DNA of 64,000 bases from Paraglomus brasilianum (taxonomy: Eukaryota), in assembly GCA_910592345.1 (NCBI GenBank), contig CAJVPI010000027.1, forward strand, positions 1 through 64,000, read 5' to 3'. The notes beneath the pieces were generated by a model. The model worked only from the letters and a program-made list of their open reading frames with translations, ran no database searches and was not told the origin of the DNA. This document shows positions 39,916 through 53,115 of this stretch, one piece after another. Every line of letters begins with the position of its first letter. Positions within the stretch are counted from its first letter, which is position 1. The position numbers and the translations under genes are program-made.

Positions 39916-40043
39916 TGATATACCTCAGTTCGAGACCTGTCTCAGAGATGACTGAGTTCTGGACCGAGACAACTGAAATGTCCGAGTTCTGGACTGAAAT
40001 GACTGAGTTCTAGACTGAGACGGTTCCGAACTGAGGTACAACA
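39916..40043. mobile_element. TGTTG...CAACA mini-element, copy 4 (longest internal array)
   Basis: TACCTCAGTTCG...three GAGTTCTRGACYGA units...CCGAACTGAGGTACAACA. Confidence 0.8.
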
Positions 40044-43000
40044 GATATAATACAACTTTCTTATTTCCGCTAGTGAGTATATTTTGTATAACAGTGATGC
40101 AGCGATATGCAAGACAGCAGCGAATTGAGTCAAGACTCTAAATTGAGCAAGAAAGAGTAATGCAGTAGGATGTAGCACAACGCTTTTTTGCTAATCACAA
40201 TTAAATTATTTAGCACATGCCAATCTTTAACTTTGTTCCATTGATGAATATCCTATTATAGTAACACATATAAAACCCGCTTTATCAGATCTGCTTTATC
40301 AGATACTGTTATCACTATCTGCCTGAATTGGTAATCTGTCAAACTTGAATTTATACAATGGGGAAATTGAATGTTGTTGCTAATATTGATATTAAGTTTG
40401 AAAAGGCATTTAGGTTACGCTGATGGCGTATCATGCAAGAGGAGTTAGTGTGCATGTCTGTGTGACAACAATTCCTTATCGACAGACAAATTACTGTAGT
40501 CGAATCATACGACAATCCTTGTCGCTCTGACAGCGCAAAACTATCCATGTATAAAAAAAAGAAGAAGCTTCTTTCAATCCATTTACAGCGTATAGTCTTG
40601 CTTTGATTCTAGCTACAAACACGATTGGATCGCTAAGAAACGCCTCGGTCAGATCTGGAAATGTTTAGACAATTCATCTTTACAACAACAGTGACAATAC
40701 TATGCATGGCAATTGCAGAACATCATTCATCGCAGTATTACTACATTATCGCTAGCACATCATTGTGACTACCACGAGTAAACAACAGTTACTTTTAGTT
40801 TCACTTTCCTATCAGAAAAGCTGATTACCTCGTACGTTAAACATACCATTTATTCTATCATGGGCTTACACAGATCCTGACACTAAACAAACTTTGTACT
40901 TTACTATCGATTTTGTTGGGGTGTGTGTATTCTTTACTGACTATTTTTAGCATGTTGTTTCGAATTAACGTTAAGGTTAATATTTAAAAAAAAATTTTCC
41001 ATTAAAGCCACGAAGCCACATTCCGATTTAAGAATTGTGTGCTAAAGTTTAAATTTTATATCATCCTCTAAGCCATTATCTATTATATGATTACTAAAGC
41101 CTTTTAATATCGCTTATCGCATCTCGAAATACCTTTAATCTGCTAAATTTAAGTTTTACGTCTGACATTCTCGAACGCTAAATAATGGTGTTACAAAAAC
41201 CTTGATTGCTACGATTATAGACTACCAACGCACGCACATACATACCAAACTTGTTAATCGATGACATGCTAATTGGTGCAGATGGAAGCCGTTCTATTGT
41301 ATATACTGTACATAATAGTAATAATAAGAGGGCTAAAAATATATGGGATGAATTTTATTGGTGGGTAAATTTAAATTTTAAAAATAGGGAAAACGATCGC
41401 CGCAATGAGATCATCCAATGCTCCCCCCACTTTTGATGTTTTCAAAAAACAATTGAACCATTCAAAGAAACCGAAACAATTCCGATTCAGGTTATGTTTA
41501 TTAAAAATCAACTATCCCTTTGCGATACGGCTCTTTTTTTTCTCCTCACACATAACAACAATGGATACTTGTTACCCTATTATTGATTTACGCAGTAGGA
41601 TATTATTTGCATTTACTTATAAAGCAAACATAAACACTTTTGTAATGGATACACAAAGTTTGGAGACTAAATTAAATAAGGCTTAGCTTCATCAACATGT
41701 ACTGGTAACGCCTATCAAAGTAGATAGGGGTTTGTGTACAAATAAAATCGGAGCTATTAATAAATTTAGCGATTAAAAAATTTTTTTCCTTATAATAATA
41801 ACGGAACTGGTGAATATGTTAACAAGACAATTCTCAAGGCGAGACGGGTCGAGGATGGGAATGTTATTTTATTTAGGGGGATGAGAATATAAATATAGAT
41901 GTATTGCATGTATGTTTGCCAATCGCTCATCTGATCTAGGAACAATCGTTGTGCAAGTCAAATTTATATTACTGGACCTGTGTATCATTACCATTAATAC
42001 ATAATCATTATTGGATAAGACTAAATTAAACATGGTGATATCAGAAACTCTAACCATATTAAAGATACTGTTCCAAGCGTTTAATTAATGTTGAACTACA
42101 GAGCTATGAATGCTCGATGCTTTTTGTAAATGCTGAAATTTGATAAATGCTCTGTCGAGAAACATGCTATGTCGAATTACGCATAATGCTGGCTGACATC
42201 GTGAAGTGATTTATTATTGGAACTGTTGAGTTCGTTGGTCTGCATGTTTTAGTTCCTCCTGAGCGGCATATTGCGAGATAAACTTTATCCCTCCGATTGT
42301 ATTACCATACCATATAAACTACTGTATGTAGCACTGGATCGCAACTTATACTCACATACATATAATATGGAATAATGACAACGATTGCAAGAACGACAAC
42401 AACATGAACGGAACAACAACACAAACAATAAACAATAATAACAATAATAACAACGGCGCAGCAGCCAATCATTTTATTCAAAACCAAACGCAAAATACTA
42501 TTATTGACTTACATAACATTTTTATTACATGTCACATTTACTGATTATCATGGATGACTAAACCCAAAGGCGTGTAATAAGTATTCTTATTCTGGAAATT
42601 TGTCATAACTTTTGTCCAAAAGACAAACATTTTGCAAAACCTTTGTGCGATAGACTCTCATGTGTCACGCAACAGCAGATATTTAATTACAAGCATATAT
42701 ACTACTCTATAGCATACAAAAAGTATGTTTGTACAAAAAGGTATAGAAAAATATAAACAAGCAAAGCATATAGTTAGTTAGTAGTAGAAGGAATGGAAAA
42801 AGGAGGATAGTATTTAACAAGCATACTGAAACATATATAAATGCGAACACAAAAAGGGACTTGTCAATTAAAAGAAACCCATTGACTCTAACCTAACACA
42901 TTAGAAAAACTAAAAAAGAAATATGTATATAAACTATCGGATAAGATATGTATATGTATACGAAATATGAATTGTAATATGTCTCTCAAATATAGTAATA

Positions 43001-43062
43001 TAAACAATCTATCATCGAACATTCTTAACAGAATATACATTCAAAATAGACTTTCCCCAATA

Positions 43063-43094
43063 CACACAAACACACACACACACACACACACACA
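43063..43094. repeat. (CA)n microsatellite just after the HMG-3 stop codon
   Basis: direct reading. Confidence 0.9.
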
Positions 43095-43098
43095 ACGA

Positions 43099-44235
43099 TT
43101 ACCCCAAAGTCGCAAAATGTGAGTACATGCTGCTCTTTTCACAAGTGCCTAGTGAGAATGATTCAAAATTCTGTTCAAACCCATTCTCATGATATGTCAT
43201 AACCTCACTACTACAAGTTGTCGCCATCATATTAATATCGCACATTTTCTCATCCATGCAGGTTATGTCAATACTACTCCCGAATAATTCATCGGAAAGT
43301 GCAGAATCCAAAAAATTTGATTCAAAAAAATTCGATTCAAAAAAACAACCGGTTTCAGACTCGGGGTAAACTGGAACCGAAAAAGGAATAGAAGAAGAAG
43401 TGGTAATATCGGTGGAAAAGAGGGATGATAAGGAGGTAACATCGGTATTGACAGTGTTAGAAGAAAAGGGTTCAAGTTTAGCGTCTTTAATTGCACCATT
43501 ACTGCTCTCTGGACTGTTGTATACCAAGTCTTCAAACACGTTTTTCAACATGTTTGGCGAATAAATCGATTCGTTTGTTTCCACATAATTTGCTTGATCG
43601 AACATTGTTGTTGTCAAAGTAGACAATGGAGAAGAATACATCATGTCTGCTGTCGTCGGTTGAACCGGAGTCGATGCAAAATAATTGCACGATGTCGTTC
43701 CCAAATCCAGACTGAACATTGAAGTCATCGGTGTCGTGAAATGACACATTGACGCAAGCTGTTGAGAGTTTGATGATGAATTCCTAACCGACGGATTTAC
43801 TTTCATTATTATTTTAGTACCAAGGCCTTTTCTTGGACGCTTTAACTTCTTTTTCGATGCACTCGTGACGTCGCAACGAGTTTTTAACAAATATTGTTTT
43901 CTGGCTTCCAGAGAAACTTTCTTGTAGAAAGTTTTCACATTTTCTGGTTCATCCCTCCACAATTTGCTAACGATTGGAGCAAGGTCTGTCATAGAAAAGT
44001 TATGGTTTCGTTCCTTTAGGTACTTTACATATAAGCTGCGATAGATAATAAATTCGTTGGGGAAACGTGCCAGCCGTTTGCGGGTATATTTTGTGACTAA
44101 ATCAGTCATGTCGAACTGAGGTGGAAACGGCAGGGTATCGGGTGGTTCTATAGGCGTAACAGTTTGGGTAAGACGTAGACGACGTCCGCCTTGCTTTTTC
44201 GGCTTTGGAGAACGCTTCTTTGAACTTTTGCCCAT
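43099..44235 (-). CDS. MATA-type HMG-box transcription factor (HMG-3), different subfamily, intronless
   Basis: PFPP...DL...RFPNEFIIYR...SMTDLAPIVSKLWRDEPENVKTFY. Basic NLS-like stretches and a long S/T/acidic tail. ATG at 44235. Confidence 0.9.
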   Translation of the reverse strand: MGKSSKKRSPKPKKQGGRRLRLTQTVTPIEPPDTLPFPPQFDMTDLVTKYTRKRLARFPNEFIIYRSLYVKYLKERNHNFSMTDLAPIVSKLWRDEPENVKTFYKKVSLEARKQYLLKTRCDVTSASKKKLKRPRKGLGTKIIMKVNPSVRNSSSNSQQLASMCHFTTPMTSMFSLDLGTTSCNYFASTPVQPTTADMMYSSPLSTLTTTMFDQANYVETNESIYSPNMLKNVFEDLVYNSPESSNGAIKDAKLEPFSSNTVNTDVTSLSSLFSTDITTSSSIPFSVPVYPESETGCFFESNFFESNFLDSALSDELFGSSIDITCMDEKMCDINMMATTCSSEVMTYHENGFEQNFESFSLGTCEKSSMYSHFATLG

Positions 44236-46068
44236 TCTCAAAAAATTTCGATTGTGCTAAGATTTTGGAAATAGTTTTGACGCGACACACCGTATTTATA
44301 ATTATTGTCCCAGTGGGTTGATTTAAGGGGGGTGGGTGAGATCTATATTTAAAAGATGTATTTTTATTTTTAGGGATGGTTGTTTCGGAAAACATTGTCT
44401 GTGCTGTAGTACAACTGTATCGAGTAATTATTTTATACGTATGTCGAGTAATTATTTATACGTATGTTGTAGGAACGATAGATAATGCCGCTGCACAGCT
44501 AAATCAAAGAACGGCTGCATTGCTGGCAGCAGAAACGACTCAATGTGTGCATTATGCACATAATATCATGTGGCATCGAACTAATGTGTATTACGTTCGA
44601 ATAATACAAATTACGTAATTGGTTAAAAATAGCCTTTTTGTCAAGACTAATGCGTGAGAGGAGAAAACGCAGAAGTTTTCTGTGTTTATGTTTTTGGTAA
44701 TCATACCATTGTCGGCTTTCGCCAATGAACTCTAAGATTTCCCAAATCTCGCAACTGGGCTTTCCTTTTCATTTAGTAATCTACTATAAAAAGTAATTAT
44801 TTATTTGCTGGGCCTCATCTGCAACGGGGATCAAAATTAAACTCGATGAAGACATTTATCAATGCAAGAATAAATTTTGGGGGGTCTCCTTGACTTGGTT
44901 ACGTTAGAATAAAAATAAGAAATTCGGTGTAATTTGTCGATCTGATACATAGCAAGTAACGGTGCCACACCAGCCAGAATTAGATTTATCAAGTTCCCTC
45001 CCTTTGTATTATCTTATAAGGAAAAAGACTGATACACATGAGCGTTACATACATCGTCAACTGTCTCAACCTGCTATAAAATGAATATTTGGTAATTTCT
45101 AGATTTCCAAGATTGTCGTCCGCATGAGCAAATCTTATATGGAAAAGTCTAAATGCTGGATAGTCTCTTTTCTTTATTACCAGGAATAAATTTTTGCGTC
45201 TAAAGGATTGAACGTGATACAAGAATTTCGTGACACAACTGTGATGTCGTACCAAGTCTAGAATTACTTGCTCTTAAACGGTGTTAGTTCAGGTACCCAT
45301 ACCTGGTACCCCATTGATAAACATCGTATTTCCGGACTACTGTAATTATAGATTAGACTACTATTTATAAACAAGCATTTCGCATCATATGACTCTAACA
45401 AGCATTGACAACAATTGGAACAAAGATGAAGTTCAACGGATCTAGCGCTTACACAGTTTTTAGCTTCTGATAACAACCTTTTTTAGTAAGTAAATATATA
45501 AACAATATGTTTGTTAAGGGAAGCAAAAAAACTTTTAAGTATGTATTCCAATTGTAACCAATGACATTTATTTATAGTTTTCATAGAGTTATTTATAACA
45601 TGAAACAGTTGGTTTTACAGAAATTTAATCTCTCATAGAGTTCTCTCCAGAAATGTACACCGAGGCACAAAGAATGTGGCTGAACGTCAATGCAGAGACG
45701 TCTCTTTTGAATTAAATAATTACGCGCGTAAAGAGTGGCTTAAAGAAAAGAGAGATAAGCTGTAATACAAGAAAAAAAATCGCATTATTTGTTTACCCGA
45801 AAATACACTTTACAACCCCCACCCCCCACCCCCCCAATCCCGCTTCCATCCCGCTTCCATCCCGCTGCGCTGCCGTATCGTCTCGTAATTGTTGTTCATG
45901 CATGCTTCTTCTCTTATCATTACTTTTAAACGTGTGCCATTAATAATTCCCAAAGGCTTATGCCGTAAAAGTTTCTTGAAACCGTTGTGTTATGTTTATC
46001 TTGCAAAGCTGCTTTCACACTCTAATATCGGCATACTCACACTCCTGTACAACACCCGCACAACACTT

Positions 46069-48890
46069 GACTTTCGAACAGAAGAAAACAAACTCGTAGA
46101 AACCAAACTGTATGTAGCCTTTTACGGTCTATTACAAGTGTTTTTTAATATATATCGTAAGCACGTCTTCTGTATCATCAGAAACTGTTTCATGCATATA
46201 TTGCTAGTATGCTTAGAAACTGATAGACTTCATTCACTTGATAGCATGAAACCGGTGAAAATAAGCGTATTTAAGAGAGGGAAATTTCTAACGTATACCA
46301 GGTATGCGTTTGTTTGTGTTTTCTAAATTCTGATATAGGAATGTCGATTACCATTAAAATTTTTCTTGGCATTTCTTGGCACTATTACTTTATTAATCGA
46401 TACATTGTAGGAGCTTCGATAACCTGCATCTGACTACTGCATAAGCGAACTGAAAAGACTTGTATATTGCAAAATTCAATCAATAAATCGTTAGTAATGC
46501 TTATCCACAAGAAATCTTCAACTCAACGCCGACATGAAAGCGTCCCAGTGACAATGTAAAGAGAACAAGAATTCAGCAATAGGGTCTTCCGATGAACCAG
46601 AATGCCAGATGAATAGAACGATGGATTAATGGTATGTACACTGGTCATCGACTGATAATATCGATCATCGGAAATTTCCGTGGTAGTGCACATAGAAACG
46701 GGTGAAAATAATAACCGATCCGAATAAAAATCTCTGTCGTTATAGAGTCAATCAGTCAGTTTGCAGTGGTATGTTTTGACTTTGATTGTTACGTCAGAAA
46801 TCATGCAATAAGCTAGCATTCTACAAAAATAATTTTTATACAATCAAAGGCAACTCTTGGTCAAAAGTTGGACTAACAAACAGACTAATTTATTACCAGA
46901 TGAGAAAATGGTGCTGGCATAGTAAAAGATTTTACTTACGAACGTCATCATGAAACCAGTAAAAATGGAAAATTTCTAACGTATACCAGGTATGTGTTTG
47001 TTTGTGTTTTAAAATTTTTCTTGGCATTTCTTGGCATTATTACTTTATTAATCGATACATTGTAGGAGCTTCGATAACCTGCATCTGACTACTGCATAAG
47101 CGAACTGAAAAGACTTGTATATTGCAAAATTCAATCAATAAATCGTTAGTAATACTTATCCACAAGAAATCTTCAACTCAATGCCGACATGAAAGCGTCC
47201 CAGTGACAATGTAAAGAGAACAAGAATTCAGCAACAGGGTCTTCCGATGAACCAGAATGCCAGATGAATATAGAACGATGGATTAATGGTATGTACACTG
47301 GTCATCGACTGATAATATTGATCATCGGAAATTTCCGTGGTAGTGCACATAGAAACGGGTGAAAATAATAACCGATCCGAATAAAAATCTCTGTCGTTAT
47401 AGAGTCAATCAGTCAGTTTGCAGTGGTATGTTTTGACTTTGATTGTTACGTCAGAAATCATGCAATAAGCTAGCATTCTACAAAAATAATTTTTATACAA
47501 TCAAAGGCAACTCTTGGTCAAAAGTTGGACTAACAAACCATTTGCAAGAGACTAATTTATTACCAGATGAGAGAATGATGCTGGCATAGTAAAAGATTTT
47601 ACTTACGGCGATAGATTACAGGTATGTTATTGACAACTTCACTATGACTAAGTTTATAATTTTTTGATCCGTGCAGAGGTTGGTTCCAAGTTTTTTAGCA
47701 ATCGTTTCTAATCAATATTCACATTGATGTGTGATTATGATTAATAATTGGGAGGGGGGTTATCGGAGTATAGAACCTCAATACATACGCACTCTAAACA
47801 CCCTCTGGACTGACTTTCGAACTGAAGAAACTGTCTCAGTGGTCAGCAAACTCGTAAAAACCAAACTGTATGTAGCTTTCTACGGTCTATTACAAGTGTT
47901 TGGGGGGGGGTTTAATATATAACGTAAACACATCCTTTCATTATCAGAAACTGTCATGCATATGCTTAGAAACGAATAGACGACATTCCCTTGACTAGCA
48001 TATTCGCATGAAACCGGAGAAATAAGCGTATTTGAGAGAGGGAAATTTTCTAATGTATGTGTTTGTTTGTGTTTTCTAAATACTGATGTAGGAATGTCGA
48101 TTACTATTAAAATTTTTCTTGACACTTTTACTCTATTAATCAATACATTGTAGAATTGTAGAGCTTCGATAACCTGCATCTGACTATAGCATAAGCGAAC
48201 CGAAAAGACTTGTATATTGCAAATTTCAATCAATAAATCGTTAGGAATACTTTTCACAAGAAATCTTCAACTCAATGGCGATGCAAAAGCGTTCTAGTGA
48301 CACTACGAAGAGAACAAGACATTCAGCAATGGGATATCCCAATGAACCGGAATGCCGGATGAATAGAACGATGGATCAATGGCATGTACACTGGTCATCG
48401 ACTGATAATATTGGTCGGGAATTCCGATCGGAGATTCCCGCGTGGCAGAAATGGGTAATAACCGATCCGTCTTTTTTCCAACCTACAACGAATAACATCT
48501 CTTGTTATATTTAGTAAACGAGTCAATCGGTCAGTTTGCAGCGGTATGTTTTGATTTGTCAGAGATCATGCACGCTTGTGCAATAAGCTAACATTCTACG
48601 AAGATATCCGGTCTTACGTTTACAGATGGAAAAGTACTGTTGATTACGCCACAAGTCAGACAACTAGTGGACTAACAAAACATTGACAAGAGACTAATTT
48701 CTATTTTACTTACGGCGATGGATTTACAGGTATGTTATTCACCGTGACTCCAAGTTGTAATTTTTTGATCCGTGCCTAAAGAGGTTGGGAGTTCTCGTCC
48801 AAGTTTTTAGCAATCGTTTCTAATCAATACTCACATTGGTGATTAGTAATGGGGGAATTATCGGAGTATAGAACCTCAATGTATACGCAT
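46069..48890. repeat. tandem triplication of a ~0.9-1.1 kb unit (A ~46069-46940, B ~46948-47790, C ~47811-48890)
   Basis: GAGCTTCGATAACCTGCATCTGACTA and TGTACACTGGTCATCGACTGATAATAT occur three times. A and B are nearly identical; C is more diverged. Confidence 0.9.
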
Positions 48891-49729
48891 TCTTTACCTA
48901 TTACTTTTTTTTTTTTTTTGCTTTGGTGACATAATTAAAACTGCATGTTAAAAATAACACTAACTGCTTACCATTTACTATCATACAGGAGCACCCTGTA
49001 TGTTATTATCATTATTATCTGATTGTCTAAGACATGTCAAACTGATGTAATGAATAGGACGTTTGTATTTGGACGGTTAAGAAATGAATCAAGAAAACCG
49101 TTAAATTAGGTGTGCGTTCAAATATGTCTTACTGAATTTGGATGATTTTATATGTTTACACATTTTTGGTTGTATATACAGTACTATATTTCACAATACT
49201 ATAACATTGGTGGCGGGTTATGTCTTAAAAAGCCAATCCCGCCACGACTGTGTACTGCGGATACGTTTGTCGGTCAGCTAATGTGAGAGAGCGACTAGTT
49301 AGCTGAAGCTTTGAGATTTAGCTCTATGGCTCAGCTTTATCTCTGAAAGACTTTCTCCCCGATTAATAGGGTTGTCTGTAAGCATTCTCTCTGACAGTAA
49401 ACCTGGGCTTAAATTCTCGAGACACCAAAAACTAGCAGGGAAGTTATTATCTATTATTGTCGATAATCATGCTTTACATTCATAACCATTTCGTGTTTAT
49501 TGAGACTTTGTTTTAGATTAGTCCGATTCAAGCAGAATAACAGCATATTAAAACATCTGACATTGGGATTATGGAATTTCAAAAATTGTGCTTATGCTAC
49601 ACAGTGAACCTAGATTTAAGTTTTGCGTGTGTGGCCCTCTAACTCGAGATCGTAGAAGTCTAATTAAAAATTGGAACAATAATCAAACGCACAGCTTTCA
49701 TGTAACAAATAAAAAAAAAGACGAGAATT

Positions 49730-50379
49730 CATTATCTCATTGTCGAAACCCCCAACGATACTTTTATTTCGCTTCTTGCTGAAATGTCTGGCAGGTGGGG
49801 AAGAAGTTCCACTCGTTCGCTATGAAGATACTCCGTTACAATCGTTGCTTTGTGTGGTGCAGCATTATCGTGATGAAGCATGACATCACAAATGGTCGTT
49901 CTTTCCTTTTTCTGGAGGCTCAGCTTATCGTGCAAAACGTAGATAATTCTTTCACGAGAAATGCCCACTTTAGTAGAAATTGTGACTTCTTATCATATTA
50001 TTTACTCAATTCTTTCCGTCCGTTTGGCTCAACTCAACCAATCTTTCCGGAATCCTCAACCTTGGCAATTTTTCTGACCTCGCTACTTTGCGAGAACGTC
50101 CAGAACGACTCTTGCCCTTAATTTCTTTTTCCTCGTCTTTGAATCTAGCAATCCGGCATTTAATTGTCAAGTGCTGTTCCCCTTTTCCAGAGTTGGCGAC
50201 ATCGGCTAGAACAAGCTGTATAGAGTTTAATGGAGAGTACTAGTACGTCGAATAAATAAATAGTTGTATCGATAATCGTGAAAATAAAGGTCCAACGCAA
50301 AACTTTTCTGCACCCCAACGTAATTTACCAGAATTTATATCCAGGAATTTTCTATTAAAATGCTTTTTAATACACCCTG
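49730..50379 (-). mobile_element. mariner-type transposon remnant
   Basis: LHHDNAAPHKATIVTEYL...VELLPH matches the mariner HHDNAxPH motif. A CAGGGTG-type end lies at 50379. Confidence 0.75.
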
Positions 50380-50497
50380 TCAACGAGACAAAGCTTTAGC
50401 TTTGGATTAATTTCAATAATTCGAACTAGCTATTATCGAATACAATAAATACATACTAGGCCCTGGTTGGTCAACTTGTCGAGAGCAAGTAAACTAA

Positions 50498-51130
50498 CAG
50501 ACTGCCGATAATTCGACCTCCCTTAATTCGAACGTTTAGAGCCGAAACCGTTTTTCGATATTCTCAATATTTTTTATTCCTTCCTCTTATTCAAACGATA
50601 TAGTCCCCGGCGAAAATAATGGCGGCCAGAATTTTTTTCAATATTAATATATCAATTTTGTTTTTATTATTTTTAAAAAAAAAAATTTTTTTTATTTGAC
50701 AGAAGTTCAAGACTAACATTATAACTTGCAAAAAAATCCAAGATGAAAAGTGGCTTCCTTTTAGATCTATATTAATTTAAACCTAACCTAATATTATGAA
50801 TAAAATTTTGAGTAAGTTGACAAAAAGCAAATGTAAAGGCTTTTTTACATTAACAGATTAGATTATATTGGGCAAAAATTATATTCTTTGACTTGCAATC
50901 TTCTAAATTTTAATTAGCAAGTCTAATCTCACTGAGATTATTAAAATACAAATATAAAGACAAGGGTATTATTAATCATGCCTGACATATTAAGTAAATA
51001 AGAAAAGTGACCGATTTTTGTATTGAATTTTTATAAAAACTTTAAAAATGATTGTCACCGCCATTATTTTCGCCGGGGACTGTATGTATAATTTCCTGTA
51101 ATTCGAACTGGGGTTCGAATTATCGACATT
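50498..51130. mobile_element. older MITE hosting a nested MITE
   Basis: CGATAATTCGA at ~50506 vs TCGAATTATCG at ~51116 inverted ends. Confidence 0.55.
50601..51082. mobile_element. Tc1/mariner-type MITE, nested
   Basis: AGTCCCCGGCGAAAATAATGGCGG / CCGCCATTATTTTCGCCGGGGACT perfect 24-bp TIR, with TA at 50599-600 and 51083-84. Confidence 0.92.
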
Positions 51131-51285
51131 GTTAAGTTGTCTATCTATTCCATCATTGTTTACCGAATATTTGAGCGTGATGCTGTTATCGAGCAAACTT
51201 AAAACTTACTGATTGGTCTTTGGTTTCCTGCTTAAGTTACCGACAAACCGACATTGAAGTTGACTATGTATTCAGCTTACAGTTA

Positions 51286-51766
51286 CAACTGACCCTCGAT
51301 ATCGGGCCCAACAAATTTCTTTTTTATATCGAAAATCTCTTACATCGAGAGTCACCCGATACAATCCTTGTGAGAATAAACCTTATAACAAAACCTTTAT
51401 TTGCGCTCTTTTTTAGATAACACTATTTTACATCAACAATATTGTCTGTTTTATTAATCACAATATTGAGGTAGTAGTAGATGATTTTTAAGAAAGACAT
51501 GGAAATTAAAAGTATTAAACGGTAAAGACAAGCAACTCTGGATAGATACATGCACAAGAAGATTGTAAACAAAAGTTTTGTTATAAGCTTTAGTCCTATA
51601 TCGAGGAGAGATTTTCTATGAAACTTGAATCGGGGACTTTCTTATTAATATTGGAAATTTATAATAAACCTCTCATATAAAAATAAATTTGATATTGACC
51701 AGCAAAAAACCTGTCGTATAGATTATTTTTCTTATATCAAAGGAATCTAATATCGAGAGTCACTTG
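51286..51766 (+). mobile_element. pogo/Tigger deletion derivative
   Basis: TA|CAACTGACCCTCGATAT ... ATATCGAGAGTCACTTG. Internal RQATLDRY transposase tail. A shorter related copy lies at ~6640-6741. Confidence 0.75.
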
Positions 51767-51899
51767 CATTGCGATTACTCCAAATTACGCTAACATGGAA
51801 ATTTGCAAATTTCGGTTATTCCGAAAGTAGTAATAAGTTACGTGATTTTAGTCAATATGAATATCCAATAAAAATTGTTGATTTTATTATAGCGATAAC

Positions 51900-52588
51900 C
51901 ACACATTAAATATATTCATAAATGCTTGTTTGTCTTCTTTTCTGCATATATTTCCAAGAACACTTTTACGTAACTTGCTTAAAGTTTGCAATTCTATATT
52001 TAAATCCTCTTGTAAATATAACAAAGACTGTCAATACTATTAATAGCTTCTGCTGATGATACCTTTCTCACTTCCTCCTCCTCCTCCTCTTCTTCTTCTT
52101 CTTCTTCTTCTTCTTCTTCTTCTGAATGTCCTTGAATAGTTGCTACAATTTTTCTCATAATGCGTGAGTCTTGTTCTTCATTATAATCAGTGACATTATA
52201 AATGCCTTCCTCCAAATCAATATACGCACGTATTCACGAACTGTATTCATGGGTCTTTGAGATGGAGAGCAAGCGTATGATAAAAGGAAATAATATAACA
52301 AACAAGGAATGCTTTTACAGTCTTAGTAGCAAGAAGCACAGCTTTAGATCTTTATTGAGATCGATGATTCTGATTAGTTAATTCCTACAACGAACTTCGT
52401 TATACAAATAAATTCGCGCAAGTGAATGGCTTTATTTATGCATAGATTTTGAAATCTTTGTTCAACGTTATATAGCACTTTATATGTTTATCTGAAATTA
52501 TTCTGTTAAGAACAAACTGGTTCCAGAAAAATACTTCGTTATAAGCAATCTTCGTTAAAGTGAGACTTTGTTAAAGCAAATTTCACTG
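51900..52588 (-). mobile_element. pogo/Tigger remnant with poly-Glu acidic tail
   Basis: (E)n-VRKVSSAEAINSIDSL. Minus-strand end CAGTGAAATTTGCTTTAAC...TTTAACGAAG at 52588. Confidence 0.6.
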
Positions 52589-52774
52589 TGTACATGCAAA
52601 CTGATAATGTCAGCCAATCATCGGCTTGCAATTGTGATTGATGTCGCATCTCTAATAAACCAGCTTGTTTCCTAAGGCAAAGAAATGGTTTGGATTTTTA
52701 CTAAAATATTTACAGGTGGCTTTCGATTCAATACATGTATAAGAAATATAACTTGTAAGACTTTTGCTAGACCA

Positions 52775-53115
52775 GATATAACGAAGGACTCTCGTTATAA
52801 GAATGTTTGATATAAGAAAAAAACTTGTTGAAGCCGACCACTTTCTTATATCAGAACCGCTTGTTTCAGGATTTCATACGTAGTTGATTTGTCTATCTTT
52901 TGTCTTTTTTTTTTTCGGTATGGTTTATGATAAAAACAATTCAAATACAACGTTACAGAAAGCTTAGTTCTTATATTTATTCGGATTAAATAATGGTTCT
53001 TATATCACAACTGGCTTCGGATTACGCTTCATTACCAGTTATAAATTTTCGGGTATAATTTTATATTAATAAATAGGGACCAGAATATTTCTTCGGTTCA
53101 ACGAGGTTGACTCTG
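52775..53115. mobile_element. degenerate pogo-type MITE
   Basis: TATAACGAA/CGTTATAAG subterminal motifs and a CGAGGTTGACTCTG|TA end. Confidence 0.45.

Noticed and set aside
39916..40043. CRISPR-like short repeat array
   Set aside because: Units are nearly contiguous with no unique spacers, there are no cas genes, the context is eukaryotic, and the array sits within TIRs.
52000..52215. Poly-Glu protein gene
   Set aside because: Better explained as the acidic tail of a decayed pogo transposase with a trinucleotide run.
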